A stretch of 64,000 bases of DNA, taken from assembly GCF_963921235.1 (NCBI RefSeq), contig NC_086108.1:31622001-31686000 (forward strand). The letters are read 5' to 3'. The notes under the pieces were generated by a model. That model had not been told where the DNA came from. It saw only the letters and a list, made by a program, of their open reading frames with translations, and ran no database searches. Both the position numbers and the translations under genes were made by a program. This DNA is from Mobula hypostoma (lineage: Eukaryota). Of this stretch, positions 24,948-38,492 are shown one piece after another; the first letter of the stretch is position 1; every line of letters starts with the position of its first letter.

Positions 24948-25274
24948 GTGAGGCATCACTTCACCTGTGAGTCGACTGGGGTGATATACTGCGTCCGGTG
25001 CTCCCGATGTGGCCTTTTATATATTGGTGAGACCCGACGCAGACTGGGAGACCGCTTTGCTGAACATCTACGCTCTGTCCGCCAGAGAAAGCAGGATCTC
25101 CCAGTGGCCACACATTTTAATTCCACATCCCATTCCCATTCTGACATGTCTATCCACGGCCTCCTCTACTGTAAAGATGAAGCCACACTCAGGCTGGAGG
25201 AACAACACCTTATATTCCGTCTGGGTAGCCTCCAACCTGATGGCATGAACATCGACTTCTCTAACTTCCGCTAA
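24948..25274 (+). pseudogene. Penelope GIY-YIG endonuclease domain (C-terminus of truncated ORF)
   Basis: FTCES.GVIYCVRCSRCGLLYIGETRRRLGDRFAEH...VA.HF...RLEEQHLI..L.SLQPDGMN. Confidence 0.93.
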
Positions 25275-25569
25275 GGCCCCACCTCCCCCTCGTACCCCAT
25301 CTGTTACTCATTTTTATGCACACATTCTTTCTCTCACTCTCCTTTTTCTCCCTCTGTCCCTCTGAATATACCTCTTGCCATCCTCTGGGTCACCCCCCCT
25401 CCTTGTCTTTCTTCCCGGACCTCCTGTCCCATGATCCTCTCGTATCCCCTTTTGCCTATCACCTGTCCAGCTCTCGGCTCTATCCCTCCCCCTCCTGTCT
25501 TCTCCTATCATTTTGCATCTCCCCCTCCCCCTCCAGCTTTCAAATCCCTTACTCACTCTTCCTTCAGTT

Positions 25570-25605
25570 AGTCCTGACGAAGGGTCTCGGCCTGAAATGT
25601 CGACT
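25570..25605 (+). ncRNA. Minimal hammerhead ribozyme motif (Penelope-type)
   Basis: AGTC-CTGACGA-AGGGTCTCGGCCT-GAAAT-GTC-GACT: stem I AGTC/GACT, CUGANGA core, stem II, GAAA, very short stem III and GUC cleavage triplet. Confidence 0.75.
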
Positions 25606-27234
25606 GCGCCTCTTCCTATAGATGCTGCTTGGCCTGCTGCGTTCACCAGCAACTTTGATGTATGTTGCTTGAATTCATTTTTGGTGGCTCTCTTTTGGTG
25701 GTCAAGTACAGATGACAGTAAAATACAGGATAAAAGTGTTTGCTGGGAGGAGATGGAGAACTGGAGCCATGATTGTTGATACAACCCTTGCATGGGTTCA
25801 TTATGGGCAACCCGGGCAAAAGAGAGCTGAACCTTCTCCTCCTTCTTCCATACATTTGTCAGTGGCTGCCTCACAGACAGTGGCAAGATGTGATCCCTCA
25901 TAATGAGGGTTTTTTCTCCCTGCCTTCCCTATCATTTCCTCTGACTATCTCGAAACTATGATCAAATCCCTCCTTGACCCCAAAAAAAGCCTTTCCAAGG
26001 AATAGAGGCAAGGGTAACACCACGGGGCTAGAGCCTGATCTAGTAGGACTCTTGTCTGGCATGTTCCTCAGAATAACAATGATTGACAGGAGGGTTCACC
26101 CACTCTCAAATTATGTCTGTAAACAGTGGAACATTTTAGTTGCCCAGGCTTGAAAGGAAGAAGGGGGAAGGTGAAGGCAGATTGAACCAACCTCAAAAGA
26201 ATGGGAGCAGTAAATGTTTAAGAGTTCTTTAGATTGTATGCAGGGCCGTGTGTCAGTTGAGTAATGGGTACAATATGGCATTAACCTCAGTGTTGCTTCT
26301 GCTTATCAAATAGGATTTTGTTTAAATGTTTTTGATCAGTAAATTTCACCATTCTCAGTACTGTCACTTAAAATGCAGTATTCAGAATCCTCATGTAAAT
26401 CAGACAGCAGCTTATGTAGGCAATCATCTTGTCTGATGTTGACTTTCTATTGCTTTGAAGTTTAACAACAAAGAATATACCAACATGCTGTGAAGGATTT
26501 GACTCATTTAAAAAAAACAGTTGTGAGTTTCTGTGCACAAGAACTTACATCACTGAAAGTTAAACAACAAACTTTGTGTTGTGATATCCTAGCAAACTAC
26601 CAGATTAGAATATACCACAAAAGAGTATACGTTTTTCTTCAAAGAAGCAGGTGAGATAACCCACATCACATCGACAAACTTTTAACAGTGGGAACATTTC
26701 AGAAGAACCTCATTGGTAGTGAAACGCACGAGGATGCCCCACAATTGCAAAAACAAGTACAGAAATGCAAATCTTTTTCATTTTAGACTGTAACTGAAAG
26801 TTTCCAAAGAGTATACCTGGATGTAAAGTGAGTGGCAAGTTTTATTTCAGTGTGGTCTACAACCTGTGTACTGCAACAGTACACTTATCAAAAGTGCCAC
26901 ATGACAGAGGAACATCTGCAGTAAACCGCATGTGCTGAATTCTACCTTGTTAATGTGCATAATGTATCCTACCCTGCAGTCTCCCAAGCCATCTTTCATG
27001 CTGCTATACTTGGTGCAGTCATTGTCCATTTCGAATTGTGTATTTTATTCCCCTCTGCCATGGCAGTCACACAGGTCACCTGTTTGATCTGGGCATCCAA
27101 AATGTGCCATGATGCACAAGACCCAAGCAATGGAGAGTAAAATGTACCCAACATTGCCCTCATTTTAATAGCCACCTTTCTGTGTAGCTGCATCAAGCTA
27201 TGCATGGTACTGAAGATTGCAGGGACCAAGTGTC

Positions 27235-28960
27235 ACAGCTGGAGCTTTACCCTGGGCTCCCAGTGTTGTAAAGGATAACCCTGGCCTGGCTACAAACAAC
27301 ATTCCATTCAGCTGGATCTTGCCATACTACCTGACTAACTGTCCTTCCTGAGTGGGGTACCGCAAGGATCAATGCTGGGACCCCAGTTGTTTACAATATA
27401 TATTAATGACTTGGATGAGGGAATTAAACGCAGCACCTCCAAGTTTGCGGATGACACGAAGCTGGGTGGCAGTGTTAGCTGTGAGGAGGATGCTAAGAGG
27501 ATGCAGGGTGACTTGGATAGGTTGGGTGAGTGGGCAAATTCATGGCAGATGCAATTTAATGTGGATAAATGTGAAGTTATCCACTTTGGTGGCAAAAATA
27601 GGAAAACAGATTATTATCTGAATGGTGGCCGATTAGGAAAAGGGGAGGTGCAACGAGACCTGGGTGTCATTATACACCAGTCATTGAAAGTGGGCATGCA
27701 GGTACAGCAGGCGGTGAAAAAGGCGAACGGTATGCTGGCATTTATAGCGAGAGGATTCGAGTACAGCAGGGAGGTACTACTGCAGTTGTACAAGGCCTTG
27801 GTGAGACCACACCTGGAGTATTGTGTGCAGTTTTGGTCCCCTAATCTGAGGAAAGACATCCTTGCCATAGAGGGAGTACAAAGAAGGTTCACCAGGTTGA
27901 TTCCTGGGATGGCAGGACTTTCATATGAAGAAAGACTGGATGAACTGGGCTTGTACTCGTTGGAATTTAGAAGATTGAGGGGGGATCTGATTGAAACGTA
28001 TAAAATCCTAAAGGGATTGGATAGGCTAGATGCAGGAAGATTGTTCCCGATGTTGGGGAAGTCCAGAATGAGGGGCCACAGTTTGAGGATAGAGGGGAAG
28101 CCTTTTAGGACCGAGATTAGGAAAAACTTCTTCACACAGAGAGTGGTGAATCTGTGGAATTCTCTGCCACAGGAAACAGTTGAGGCCAGTTCATTGGCTA
28201 TATTTAAGAGGGAGTTAGATATGGCCCTTGTGGCTACGGGGGTCAGGGGGTATGGAGGGAAGGCTGGGGCGGGGTTCTGAGTTGGATGATCAGCCATGAT
28301 CATAATAAATGGCGGTGCAAGCTCGAAGGGCTGAATGGCCTACTCCTGCACCTATTTTCTATGTTTCTATGTTTCTATGTAAGTTCTTTCAGAAGGACAC
28401 CTTTGACCATGAGTCCATCTGTCAATGGTCAGGAAGGGAAAACCCTCAGACCCTTTGGGAGAAGGGCAAGTTGGATCCTGTGGAATGATTTTCCCAAGCA
28501 GATGGTTAAAAACATTCAGCAATGCGCCTCATTGCCACAGTTCACCACTAACACCAAAACCTCACTTAACTAACAGTGAGAAGGAGCCTCAATCTCAAAG
28601 GCATCACATTTGAGGTAGTTGTTATCCAAGTGAGATGTTCTCTCATCTCTTTTGGCATTGTGCATTTGCTAAGATGATGTGGAAGGGGATGCAGTGGCCC
28701 TTGTAGAGGGTCCACCAAAGTTGCCACACAGGACACTGTGACCTACAAGTTGCTCCCACAGATATTTCCTGAAACAAGCATCACCACTGGAAGATCTAAA
28801 ACTTGATGAAAGACTAACTCTATCCTACATGACACTTGTTGTCTTCCATTGTAAAGAGCTACTGCATCTGCAAAGTGAATGTTACCAACTGGCACATAAC
28901 TAGGTGCAAGAGTACATGATGAGGATCACACTGATGCTTGGTTTGTGGGGAACGGCATAG
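27235..28960 (+). mobile_element. Decayed Tx1/L1-clade LINE ORF2 3' fragment interrupted by CR1
   Basis: Broken frames resembling Tx1 ORF2 C-terminal region (KFFQKDTFDH...DPV..FP.Q.VK) on both sides of the CR1; recognition from memory, boundaries approximate. Confidence 0.5.
27349..28379 (+). mobile_element. Young 5'-truncated CR1
   Basis: Open frame from SGVPQGS through FADD and RPHLEYC to stop at 28280; 3' tail (tttctatg)n; nearly identical to 38493-39463 on the opposite strand. Confidence 0.95.
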
Positions 28961-29374
28961 TCAAGGATTGATCATTCCAGGAATATTTTGCAAAATTCAT
29001 AATCCTCACTCAGCCTTCTAGCCCTGTTAACAGATGTGCAGGCACCCACGCTTCCTGTAGCATTGCTGCACCAGTGAACAACATATAATGGCTCATCTAA
29101 CAATGTTGAAGCTGTTACCAGAATCAATAATTCACAAGAACTGAAAGAATCATGGAATCATATAGGCACAGAACATAACTTTGGTGTACCGCGTCCATAC
29201 CGATCAAGACCCCATCCGTTCTAATCCCATTTATTACCACTTGCTTTGCCTGGACAATTCATTGAGACAACTTTACGATGTTGAGCGCGTATCTGCCTCC
29301 ATAGACCACTCAACAGTGCATTCCAAATGCCACCACCCTCTGGGTCACGAAGTTCTTCCACAGATCTCCTCTAG

Positions 29375-30020
29375 ACGTGGACGTAGATGTGGTGAGGACC
29401 TACAAGTACCTGGTGTGCACCTGGATGACAGACTTGAGTGGAACACCAACACAGAAAGGCCAGAGTTGCCTCTACTTCCTGAGGAGAATGAGGTCCTTTG
29501 GCGTATGCAGGCCTCTCTTTCATATGTTCTACCTGTCTGTTGTCACCAGTACAATCTTCTATGTAGTGGTGCGCTGGGGCAATGGCATCAACAGGGGTGA
29601 TGCCAACGGGCTAATCAAACTGATTAGAAATGATGGCTCTGTTATAGGAGTCAAACTGGACATACTGGAGGCTAAGGTAGAATAAAGGACACTACAGAAC
29701 ATCCTGGCAATTCAGGACAATGCTTTTCACCCTCTGCATGCCACCTTAGCTGAACAAAAGAGCACTTTTAGTAACAGTCTAAGACAACTGTGCTGCTCCA
29801 AAGAGCGCTATATGAGGTAATTCTTACCCTCGGCCATTTGGCTCTATAATGAGTCAACCTATAGTTGGAGAAGTGATGACCCCCTCCTATTAGACTGTTT
29901 GAGATAACTTAGTTTTATTCTTTCTTACTTCTCTTCTAATATTTGTACATCTGATACTGTAATGCTACTGAAACAGTGTAATTTTATTTCAGATCAATAA
30001 AGTATCTATCTATCTATCTA
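29375..30020 (+). mobile_element. Rex1/Babar-type LINE 3' fragment
   Basis: DVDVVRTYKYL, KGQSCLYFLRR.RSF, MFY.SVV.S.IFY.VV.WG; ends aataaagt(atct)n. Confidence 0.8.
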
Positions 30021-30219
30021 AACCTCTTACCCTTTACTTCAAACTATAGCTGTATTTTTATACCCCTGTAATGGGGTAATTTTTTCCTGCTGTCTACCCT
30101 GCCTGTGCCCCTAGTGAGCGAGGGGTGTTTGTATGCAAGTACTTAGATGTGCCAGCCAGCACAGGTTAACCGAACAATTCACTAAGGATGTTCTGGGCTG
30201 CATAAATAGAGACAGAAAG

Positions 30220-31135
30220 TATTACAGCTGGAAAGATGTGTTTGAACTTATATAGAACACCCTTTAAAGACCAGCTGGAACATTGTGTCCACTTCTGAGT
30301 ATCATGTACTTTGAAAAAGATAGGAAAGGAACAAGCGTAATCCAGAGAAAGGTTACTAGAAAAGGCAGATGCAGTTTAATCTGAATAAATGTGAAATGAT
30401 CAGATTTGAAGATAGAGTACAGGGTTATTAGCAGGAGTTTTAATAGTGTGGACAGACTGAGGATTCTTAGGGACTACAGCCATAGATGCAGCACAAGTTG
30501 CTGGGTGATTAAGAAAGGGTACGGTGTGCTGACCTTTGGCGGAGTTAGCTCAAGAGCCACAAAGTCATGTTGCAGTTCTATAAAGCTCTAGCAAACCACA
30601 CTTGGAGCATTGTGTTCATTCCTGGTAGCCTCATTGTAGGAAGGATGTGGAAGCTTTAAAGAGGAAGCAGAAGAGATTTACCAGGATGCTGCCTCAATTA
30701 AAGAGCAGGTGCTATGAGGATCGGTCGCGCGACCTGCGGCTTTTCGCTTTGGAATGAAGGAGATGAGAGATGACTTAATATAGGTGTGCAAGATAAGAAG
30801 AGGCATAGATAAAGTGAACAACCAGAGACTTTATCTCAGGGCAGAAATGGCTAATACAAGAGGGAATAACTTTAAGGTGTTTGGAGGAAAGTATAAGGGG
30901 ATATCAGAGGTAGGTTTCTACACAGAGGCTGGTAGATGCATGGAACACACTTCCAGGGGTGGTGGTAGATGTAGAAACATACGGAACATTTAAAAGATTC
31001 TTAGATAAGCACAGGGATGAAAAAAGCTAAAGGGCTATGTGGGAAGGAAGGGTTAGGTTGATCTCGGAGTAGATTAAAGGGTCGGCACAGCATCATAGGC
31101 CAAAGGGCCTGTCTTGTGCTGTACTGTTCCATGTT
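30220..31135 (+). mobile_element. CR1 3' fragments
   Basis: Decayed PHLE.CV.F and RRGIDKV...AEMANTRG motifs; CR1-type 3' UTR. Confidence 0.75.
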
Positions 31136-31154
31136 TTATAGAATCATCCTAAGG

Positions 31155-31235
31155 CGAACATTACTGACCTGGGGTCCACAGACCTCTTGGTTATTGGTAG
31201 GGATCCATGACATAAAAAAGGGTTGGGAACCCCTG
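31155..31235 (+). mobile_element. hAT/Charlie-type MITE, degenerate left end
   Basis: Right TIR ttgggaacccctg; 8-bp TSD tcctaagg/ttctaagg; homologous to 32977-33054. Confidence 0.7.
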
Positions 31236-31610
31236 TTCTAAGGATTAGATGCTATGGTTATGTAAATACAAACTCCATTTATTCTGACTGAAAAAGATTC
31301 AGAAAACATGGATAGACGTGTTTAAATTCTTGAGTCCTTTGATGGAGTAAATAGAGGTCTGCATTTCTCAGTGGCTAAAATGTCAGGTGCTGAAGGGCAT
31401 GGGTTCAAGGTGATTGATCAAGGAAACAGAAAACATTTTTTGCAGTGAGTGCAAGGAAGACACTACTTGTTTGGATACTGGGAGCAAGTTCAGTCACGGC
31501 TTCAAAAGGATTCGTATGCCAACGAGAAACATTTGCAAGGACTTTTAGAAAGATTGGGTTGGACCAAGTGGATTTCCTCAGTGATGGAGAAGAAGAAAGA
31601 ACAATACATT

Positions 31611-32051
31611 GAATAGCAAACATGAGGAAATCTGCAGATGCTGGAAATTCAAGCAACACACATCAAAGTTGCTGGTGAACGCAGCAGGCAAGGCAGCATC
31701 TCTAGGAAGAGGTACAGTCGACATTTCGGGCTGAGACCCTTCGTCAGGATGAATTGAAAGAAGAGCTAGTAACAGATTTGAGAGTGGGAGGGGGAGGGGG
31801 AGATCCAAAATGATAGGAGAAGACAGGAGGGGGAGGGACGGAGCCAAAAGCTGGACAGGTGATTGGCAAAAGGGATATGAGAGGATCATGGGACAGGAGG
31901 CCCAGGGAGAAGGAAAAGGGGGAGGGGGGAAAACCCAGAGGATGGGCAAGGGGTATAGTGAGAGGGACAGAGGGAGAAAAAAGAGAGAGAGAAAAAGAAT
32001 ATGTGTATATAAATAAATAACGCATGGGGTACGATGGACAGGTGGGGCATT
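31611..32051 (-). mobile_element. Penelope-like element 3' part with hammerhead motif
   Basis: Sister of 25275-25675; minus CTGACGA-AGGGTCTCAGCCC-GAAAT-GTC-GAC at about 31716-31750; probable TSD caatacatt/caatatatt. Confidence 0.9.
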
Positions 32052-32389
32052 CAATATATTCTTTCCATTCTGCTTGACTCTATAATTGTGATCAGGATGT
32101 TCTTATAGGTATTCATACCAAATGGAGAGGCAACAGGTGCTGGAAACTGGAGCAACAAACAAGATACTGATATATTTCAGCAGGTCAGGCAGCATCTGTG
32201 GAGGGAAATGGGCAGTCTATGTTTGGGTCAAGATCATTCATCTCGACTGAAAACATGTTTCTGTGGTGGTGTGTCCGGATAAGAATGCAATCAAAGTGCA
32301 AAAGTGCAGTGGAAACCACAGTGGGAAGCAATGAGAGAAGTCCTGTTGAAAAGAGGAGAAAGTCACATTGAAGAGACTTTCCAGTGATG

Positions 32390-32910
32390 AAGAAGGACTG
32401 TCCATTTCTCTCCATAACGTTGCCTGACCCACTGAGCTTCTTCAGCAAGAAGCGGCAGAGAGTTATGGACACAACTCAGCACATACAAAAAAAATCTGCC
32501 CTTCCATGTTCTCTCTGTACTTCTCACTACATCAGTAAAGCAGCCAGCATAATCAAAGACCCCAGCCTCCTTCGACGTTCTGTCTTCTCTCCTCTTCCAT
32601 CATGCAGAAAATACAAAAGCCTGAAAGCACATACCAGCAGGCTCAAGGACAGCTTCTACCCCGCTGTTATAAGATTATTAAATAGTTCCCTAGTTCAATA
32701 TGTTGGACTGTAGAGCTCATAATTCACCTCATTATGATTTGTACCTTATTGTTTAGCTGCACTGCACTTTCTCTGTAGCTGTTACACTTTGCTCCGCCAT
32801 TGTTGTTATTTTATCTTCTTCTACCTCAATGCACAATTATCTGATCTGTGTGAACAGTATGCAAGACAGGCTTTTCTCTGTACGTGACATGTGACAATAC
32901 TAAAACAATT
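32390..32910 (+). mobile_element. Rex1/Babar 3' fragment
   Basis: KAASIIKDP...FSPLPS.RKY.SL...TSRLKDSFYPAVIRLLN. Confidence 0.8.
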
Positions 32911-32976
32911 GCAACCTGCTCTTTGAGAGTGCCTCTATTCTAGGCAACGTCACTAGTGTAATGCCTCCATTTAGAG

Positions 32977-33054
32977 CAGGGGTTCCCAGCCTGGGGTCCA
33001 CAAACCCCTCCGTTAATCGTAGGGCTCCTTGGCATAAAAGTTTGGAAACCACTG
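32977..33054 (+). mobile_element. 78-bp hAT/Charlie-type MITE
   Basis: TIRs caggggttccca / ttggaaaccactg; perfect 8-bp TSD atttagag (32969-32976, 33055-33062). Confidence 0.9.
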
Positions 33055-34728
33055 ATTTAGAGACATAGAATCATACAGCACTGAAATAGGCCCTGTGGAT
33101 TAACGCTCCCGTGCTGACCATCAAGCATGTATTTGTACCAATTCCATTTACCAGCACTTAGTCCATAGCTTTGTAAACTCGCCTACAGAATTGCTAAAAG
33201 AAGAATATTTCCATGCTAATCTATCATTACATCCAATCTGGGGCAGTTGATCACGACTGCAGTTTCTTCCACAGCACAGGAGTTTCAATATTACTGTAAC
33301 CAAGCCAACGAGACTTTTCCAAGAGCAGCAGGGCAAAATGCTGAGTGAGCCGTGGAAGAGAAACAGGAACCTGACAATTCTGGGCTCGGAAATCATCTGG
33401 AGGTATTCAGCTCTGCACACCAAAGCAGAATGTGGAGAAGTTTTTTGTTATTTAAAATAACCATTGCTTTATATGCGTAATGTTTCCTAAGCATTGAATA
33501 TAGTGCATTCTCTATATCCGTTTGTACATTTGTATTGTGATCTTATTAAGCAAGATTCAAGATTCAAGTTTATTTGTCACGGGTGCTTCAAAACGTTTAG
33601 TGAAATGTGCCGTTTGCATTAACAACCAACACACTCCAGGGCGCATTGGAGGCCGCCCACAAATGTCACCACACATTCCAGTACCAACATAGCATACCCA
33701 CCATGCTCAACAACAAAAAAACAAAGCTCACGAGAAGCAACAAACAACAACAACAAAAGCAAGCCTTGTTCCTCCCTCCCACCCACACTCATACACAGTC
33801 CTTCAGCTCCAGTCTCCAGTAGATACAGACTCGGGCCTGCAGACAGCAGGCTTCAACCACCCCAGCGGACTCACAGAGATCTGCAGATTCGGCTCAGGTC
33901 AATGGGCCTCAATTCATCCTGGGGCCTCGATCCTCAGCATCAATCTCAGGACACAGCAATCACCATAGGGATCATCGAATCATCAGAAGTAGTAGGGAAA
34001 TGTAGCGTGCCTGTTTCTCAAACAGTGGAACAATTTCACAGACAGAATGATGTAAAATGTATAATTTTATACAGTAGTATCCATTTTTTGACAGCCTGTA
34101 GAACAAGGCTAAGATGAGCCACAAAAGTGATTCCTGAGGCAATTCAAAACAAATTAATTCTATTAGTCAAGTTAGTCCAATAGCAAAAATAGATAGGGCA
34201 AGGTCATGAAAGTGACTGGATGACGGTCTGAAGTGTACATATTTTAATGCAAGCTGTATAATGGATAAAGCAGATGAGTTCAGAGCCTGGATTAGTACAT
34301 GGAACTACAATACTTACAGAAACTTGCTTGAGAGAAGGCCAAAAGTTACAGCTCAATGCTCCAAGGTGTAGATGATCTGGACATGACTGAGGGTGATGCA
34401 AATGAAATTGGGGAGTTGCATTTCTGTTTAGGGACTCACCACTGCCCTAAGAGAGGACATCTTGGAGGGCTTACCAAGTTGGAAGCTTGTCACGCTGGAC
34501 AGCAGTCAGTGAAGTGAAAGGTAGAGGCCAGCAGCAATGAGCCAAAGCCCGAAAATGCATCAGAGTGGTATTCCTAGGAATGTTGTAGCATTGCCCATAG
34601 GCCTTTCAGAGCATGCAACGGTGCTCATACTGCCATGGAATTTCTCAGAAAAGCAATCACATGATTAATCCAATAATAGTTTAGAAAAGTGAAGGTGTCT
34701 TGTTCCGTATAAAAGCTTGTGCAAGTTT

Positions 34729-35387
34729 AGATTAGACTAGATTATGAGGACACTCAGTCCTCGTTTATTGTCATTTAGAAATGCATGCATGCATTAAGAA
34801 ATGATACAATGTTCCTCCAGAGTGATATCACAAAAAATAAGGACAAACCAAAGACTAACACTGACAAGATCATATAATCATAAAATATAGTTACAGCAGT
34901 GCAAAGCAATACCATAATTTGATAAAGAACAGACCATGGGAACGGTAAAAAAAGTCTCAAAGTTCCGATCGACTCCCAATAGTCCCTGATAGCAGGCGGC
35001 AGAAGGGAGAAACTCTCTCTGCCATAAACCTCCAGGCACCGACAACTGTCGATGCATTGGAAGCACCCGACCCCAGCCAACTCTGAGTCCATCCAAAACT
35101 TCAAGCCCCCGACCAGCCCTTCGACACTGAGCACCAAGCACCATCTCTGCCGAGCGCTTCGACCCTGTCACATCCGCCAAGCAACAAGCAAAGCCGAGGA
35201 TTCAGGGCCTTCCCCTCCGGAGATTTCAGTATCACACAATAACAGCGGCAGTAAAAAAGGCATTTCAGAAGTTTCTCCAGATGTTCCTCCGTTCTCTCAC
35301 GTCTGTCTCCATCAAATCAGAATTGTGCACTGTACCCTACTTGACAGATTACGGATATCATTCACCGGAGTGGCCACGCAAGCTGCG
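34729..35387 (-). repeat. Probable LINE (Rex1-like) 3' UTR fragment
   Basis: Minus strand ends ...tgacaataaacgagg...(aatct)n-like tail, resembling other Rex-type 3' ends in the window. Confidence 0.45.
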
Positions 35388-35610
35388 TTGAAGTTAGCAT
35401 GTGATGTCTTAGGTCATGCTGCAGGTGCAGTTATCAGCCACGTGATAAGTGGTGATCAGAAGAAACCCACTGGTTTCACTTCTTGTAGTCACACATGGAA
35501 CACATACAGTTAAACACATATTCAATGTTTGAAATCAGCCAATACTAGAAGATCCTTTCCCCTATTAACTGATCATAAGCCACTTCTAGTGACATTAGAT
35601 CCCAACTACT
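35388..35610 (+). mobile_element. Gypsy RNase H remnant
   Basis: KLACDV.GH.AGAVISH...KP.GF.S and RSFPLLTDHKPLL motifs. Confidence 0.65.
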
Positions 35611-38492
35611 CTGACAATGTCATTCAATCACTTTATGACAACTTAATTGAAGCAGTGAATCTCCAAGATTAATGGGTCATAGGATGACATTAGGGACAAT
35701 ACTGTTAGAGCATATTCAGGACTTATGGTATATAGTAAATACTAATTTTAACAGTAGTCATTCTTCAGATCTGAATATGGATTGTAGATTGAATTTAAAA
35801 TGCAGTTCTGGGAGTTTCACTCCAGCCTGAAGGAGCTTAAATATGACAGTAACAAATCGGTGGATTCATAAATTATGCCCTGTTTTCATTTTTGACTATG
35901 TTAAATGCCATATTGGCAGTGGGGCAGAATATGGGGTGCTAGAAGGTTCAGATATCCTCTTTAAGTGTGAGGTAAGTCCTCTTGTTCAGTGCTGTTGGGG
36001 CTTTGTTTTTTTTTGTGGGTTTTTTAAATTTACTTATTACTGCTCAGCTGATCTTCAGTCCGGTTTCTTCTCCTCCGGAGTCACATGATTGTTATAAGGA
36101 TTATGACCAGTAATATATTAAAATTGTGCACTTGGAACATTAAGGGAAGTCATTCACCAATCAAGAGAAAGAAGATCCCACTAAACCTGAAAAAGGAAAG
36201 GGTGGACATAGCCTTATTGCAGGAGACACATTTAAATGATAAAGAACATCTAAAACTGCAACAGAGTGGATTTGATCAAGTCTATTTTTCATCTTTTAAT
36301 ACCAGGAGTAGGGAGGTGGCCATTTTAATTAGGAAGAACTTACCTTTTAAATTATTAGACTGCATTAAGGATAAGTATGGGAGATTTGTGATTGTTAAGG
36401 CTTCAATATATGGAGAGGAATATGGTATTCTCAATGTTTACTGCCCTCCAGCTCATCCTCTCAAATTCTTAACAGATGCTTTTTCCAAACTTACAAGCTT
36501 TTCAATACAAAACATTATTGTAAGTGGGGATTTTAATTGTCTCATGGACCCACTGATGGACAGAGTGCCCAGTGGTCCCCCATTGCTCTCCTCACAGTCC
36601 AAACAATTCGTGGGCTTATGTGGAGAACTAGGACTTGTGGATGTCTGGAGGTTGTTATATCCCTCAGACAAAGATTTCACATTTTTTTCTAATCCACACA
36701 AGTGTTACACCAGAATAGACTTTTTTCTAACGCCCAAAATGCTCCTAAATTTAGTTGTATCCAGCACAGTTGGAAATATCGCTATTTCTGACCATGCAGC
36801 AGTATATTTAACTATTAAGCCCAACGATCATTCAGCACGATCTAGACATTGGAGGCTGAATCCCTTTATTCTAAAAGATAATAAATTTATAGAATACCAT
36901 ACTTCCGAATTCAAAACTTTCCTATCTATTAATTCCAAATCAGCTAGTAGTCCATCGATGCTCTGGGAAACCATTAAGGCCTATGCAAGGGGATTAATTA
37001 TCTCCTACTCTGTTGGTAAGAAGCGACAAGCTGCAGAACATCAGCGCCTAGTGCAAGCAAGGCTTGCGGCAGCCGGAAAGGATTATATTAATAAGCCTTC
37101 TACAGCCAAGTTACAGAATATCATAGCCCTACGCTGTATACTAAACTCTTTACTTACACAAGCAGCCAAAAGACATTTGCTAAACAACGATTGTTTGAAC
37201 ATGGTGAGAAACTAAGTAGGTGTTTGGCTTATTTAGCTAGAAAGAAAAATGCCTCTCAGACTATTGCTTCAATTATGGATGGGAGGGGAGCCCTCACTAG
37301 TAATTCTAAAATGATTAGTGCTGTGTATAAGAACTTTTATTCTAAACTGCATCAATCTGAGCAATGCAATGATGGATAATCTAGGATGGAGTACTTTTTC
37401 AGGAATTTAGATCTCCTAGGCATTTCTTCTGAACAAGAGTCCCTCCTCAATGCTCCATTATCTATACACGAGATACAGGAAGCTGTGAGACAGCTCCAAA
37501 GTGGGAAGGCCCCTGGTCCTAATGGACTCACTAGTGAATTCTATAAAGAGTTTTCAGGGTTACTATCAGAGCCTATGCTAAACATGTTCAATCATGCATT
37601 TAATTGTGGTCTCCTCCCACCATCATTGAGAGAAGCCAATATCCCCTTAATTCTTAAGAAAGGAAGATTGTGTTTCCTACAGGCCTATTTCATTGTTAAA
37701 TGGTGACTTTAAAATCTTATCTGAAACCTTAGCGTGGCGATTAGAAACTGTGTTACCTTTTAATCTAGAAGAAGATCATAGGGGTTTTGTAAAAGGCCAC
37801 AGATCATCTAACAATATCAGAAGATTACTTAATGTGATTCAGGTATTTCAGGCAGTGAATGGCTTAGTGGTTTCCTTAGATGCAGAAAAGGCCTTTGATC
37901 ATGCTGAATGACCGTATATTTTTTTCACTTTAGGACGATTTGGTTTGGGCAGTAACTTTATTAAGTGGGTGAAGGTTCTTTATAATGATCCTTTGGCTGC
38001 GATTCTCACTAATAGTATTAGGTCGGATAATTTTACTATTCTTAGGGGCAGCCTGCAGGGCTGCCCTTTATCACCAGTACTTTTCACACTAGTGATCGAG
38101 CCATTGGCTGAGGCTATTCAGCGAGACACCAAAATATCTGCTCCAGACATAGGACTAAAGTCACATAAAATTACATTGTATGCGGATGATGTTCTAATTT
38201 TCTTATCAAACCCTGCTGTATCAGTGCACCACCTTATACAATGCAACAATTCATTTAGCGACTTTTCAGGTTATAAAATAAACTTTACTAAGTCAGAGGC
38301 TATCCCTCTGGGGAATCTGCAACAGGTACCTGACACTCAGGGTGTTTTCCCCTTTAAATGGTTGCAGACAGGTTTTGTTTAGTTAGGCATATTTATCACC
38401 CCTACATTTGATCAATTGTTCAAAGCTAACTTTACACAGTTATTTGACAAAATCAAACAGGATCTTGAGCGATGGAGCACTCTTCCCATTTC

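Larger units (their letters stand above)
24934..25675 (+). mobile_element. Penelope-like element, 5'-truncated, young
   Basis: GIY-YIG ORF, CT-rich UTR, hammerhead motif and tail; flanked by direct repeat gcttgaatt (24925-24933, 25667-25675). Confidence 0.93.
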
